64,000 bases of DNA from Mobula hypostoma (taxonomy: Eukaryota): the NCBI RefSeq assembly GCF_963921235.1, contig NC_086109.1, forward strand, positions 34,908,001 to 34,972,000, given 5' to 3'. Positions within the stretch are counted from its first letter, which is position 1. Each line of letters opens with the position of its first letter. The translations under genes and the position numbers were made by a program. The notes under the pieces were generated by a model, which ran no database searches, was not told the origin of the DNA, and worked only from the letters and a program-made list of their open reading frames with translations. Positions 63,023 to 64,000 of this stretch are shown here, piece by piece.

Positions 63023-63885
63023 TGTTACGTACCCCGTAACTGGGTTGCCAAACCAGCAGAAATGGATCACTCAGTTGGAGGCTGGAGTACTAGAACTAAG
63101 AAAGTTTTATTAAAGGAACAAGCAACACAGTAATCGAAAGGATAATAAATGCAACAGTTCAGCGATGATAAACACACATGTGCACAGAATTAAGATAACA
63201 GCATCAATCAAGCTCTATCGTTGTCTAGGGGTAAATGACCAAATTTAAAAGTGACTCAAAGTTCAGTCCAGCTTAGTAGTTCAGTTCGCAGTAATCGTTG
63301 CCATGGCGATGGACAACGTGGGGGAAGAGAGAGATAGAACAGGAACAACTGATCATTCAGAACGGCTTCACTCACAGACCGGCGATATGGCTCACAAGCA
63401 ACTTTTGGGCGGGTCCTTGGTGATGTCACCTGAGGTCACCGACTGTGACCCCTCCTCCAGATGCGGTCGATCCTCTGCAGTGAACCCGGCACCCAGGCAA
63501 GGGCGGACACAAACTGGGTTCCCGCTGATCGTACCTTTCCACCCCGGGTATTGTCTGGTACTTCTCACCCACTCGTGAGAGGCGCACCGCTTCCAGGGTC
63601 TCGTTACCTCGGGCGGCGTGTGTGCGTCCTGCCTTAGCGAACCTGTCCCTTTTTATCCCCCTGCTGGGGCATCGCCTGTCCACCACTTCAAACAGTTCGG
63701 GGTTCAAAGGGGGAGCCGCTCCAGACAGCTCTCTCTCCCCCGTTCCTTCATTACACATCTCCAGACGCTGCTCCATTGTTCCTTATCTCTCCTTCCCCTG
63801 AGGGCAGGTGGCAGACCACTTGCTGATGTCACTGATGCTAACCCAGGCCAGCAAACATCTTAATTTTATGTGTATTCTCGTCACA
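63023..63885 (-). mobile_element. Solo LTR related to the Gmr1-like element
   Basis: TGTTAC...GTCACA, perfect 4-bp TSD CATG (63019-63022 and 63886-63889), reverse-complement similarity to the LTRs at 26725 and 31553. Confidence 0.93.
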
Positions 63886-64000
63886 CATGCCACAGGATGG
63901 ATGGGATGGAGTGTCCAAAGTCTGTGCCTTGGATTGGGAATGCTAAAACCAGGGATCTTCATGATCAGGATCAGAGATAAGATGAGGGAGGAGGGAAAGT

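Noticed and set aside
1..64000. A prokaryotic or viral system (retron, DGR, defence island) suggested by several RT genes
   Set aside because: All RTs carry eukaryotic LINE or Gypsy motifs with stops and frameshifts, with no operon structure and low coding density.

Overview
Vertebrate, repeat-dominated intronic or intergenic DNA. It is most likely from a cartilaginous fish (shark or ray), inferred from HER1-like CR1 LINEs, V-domain (HE1-like) SINEs and Deu-domain SINE remnants. No host protein-coding gene, rRNA, true tRNA or CRISPR array can be supported. The long ORFs are transposon remnants or their antisense frames. Contents: many CR1 copies (one young with a frameshift-free ORF2), Rex1 fragments, a 5'-inverted L1/Tx1-type insertion, a Gmr1-like Gypsy element (SCAN-gag, PR-IN-RT-RH order) lacking its integrase core, a decayed Gypsy holding three nested insertions, two solo LTRs, a palindromic mariner-derived MITE, an RTE-derived non-autonomous element, and several Penelope-like (PLE) fragments carrying minimal hammerhead motifs. 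The best leads are: (1) a 2.4-kb two-LTR element with only 159 bp of internal sequence, self-priming signals of Tf1/sushi type and minisatellite-filled LTRs (7107-9535); (2) PLE-derived hammerhead cassettes, including a head-to-head hairpin flanked by a target-site duplication (TSD) and a recurrent non-canonical CUGCCGA core; (3) a structured 5' leader in the RTE derivative. Family names come from motif recognition by eye, not database searches. Boundaries of decayed elements are approximate.
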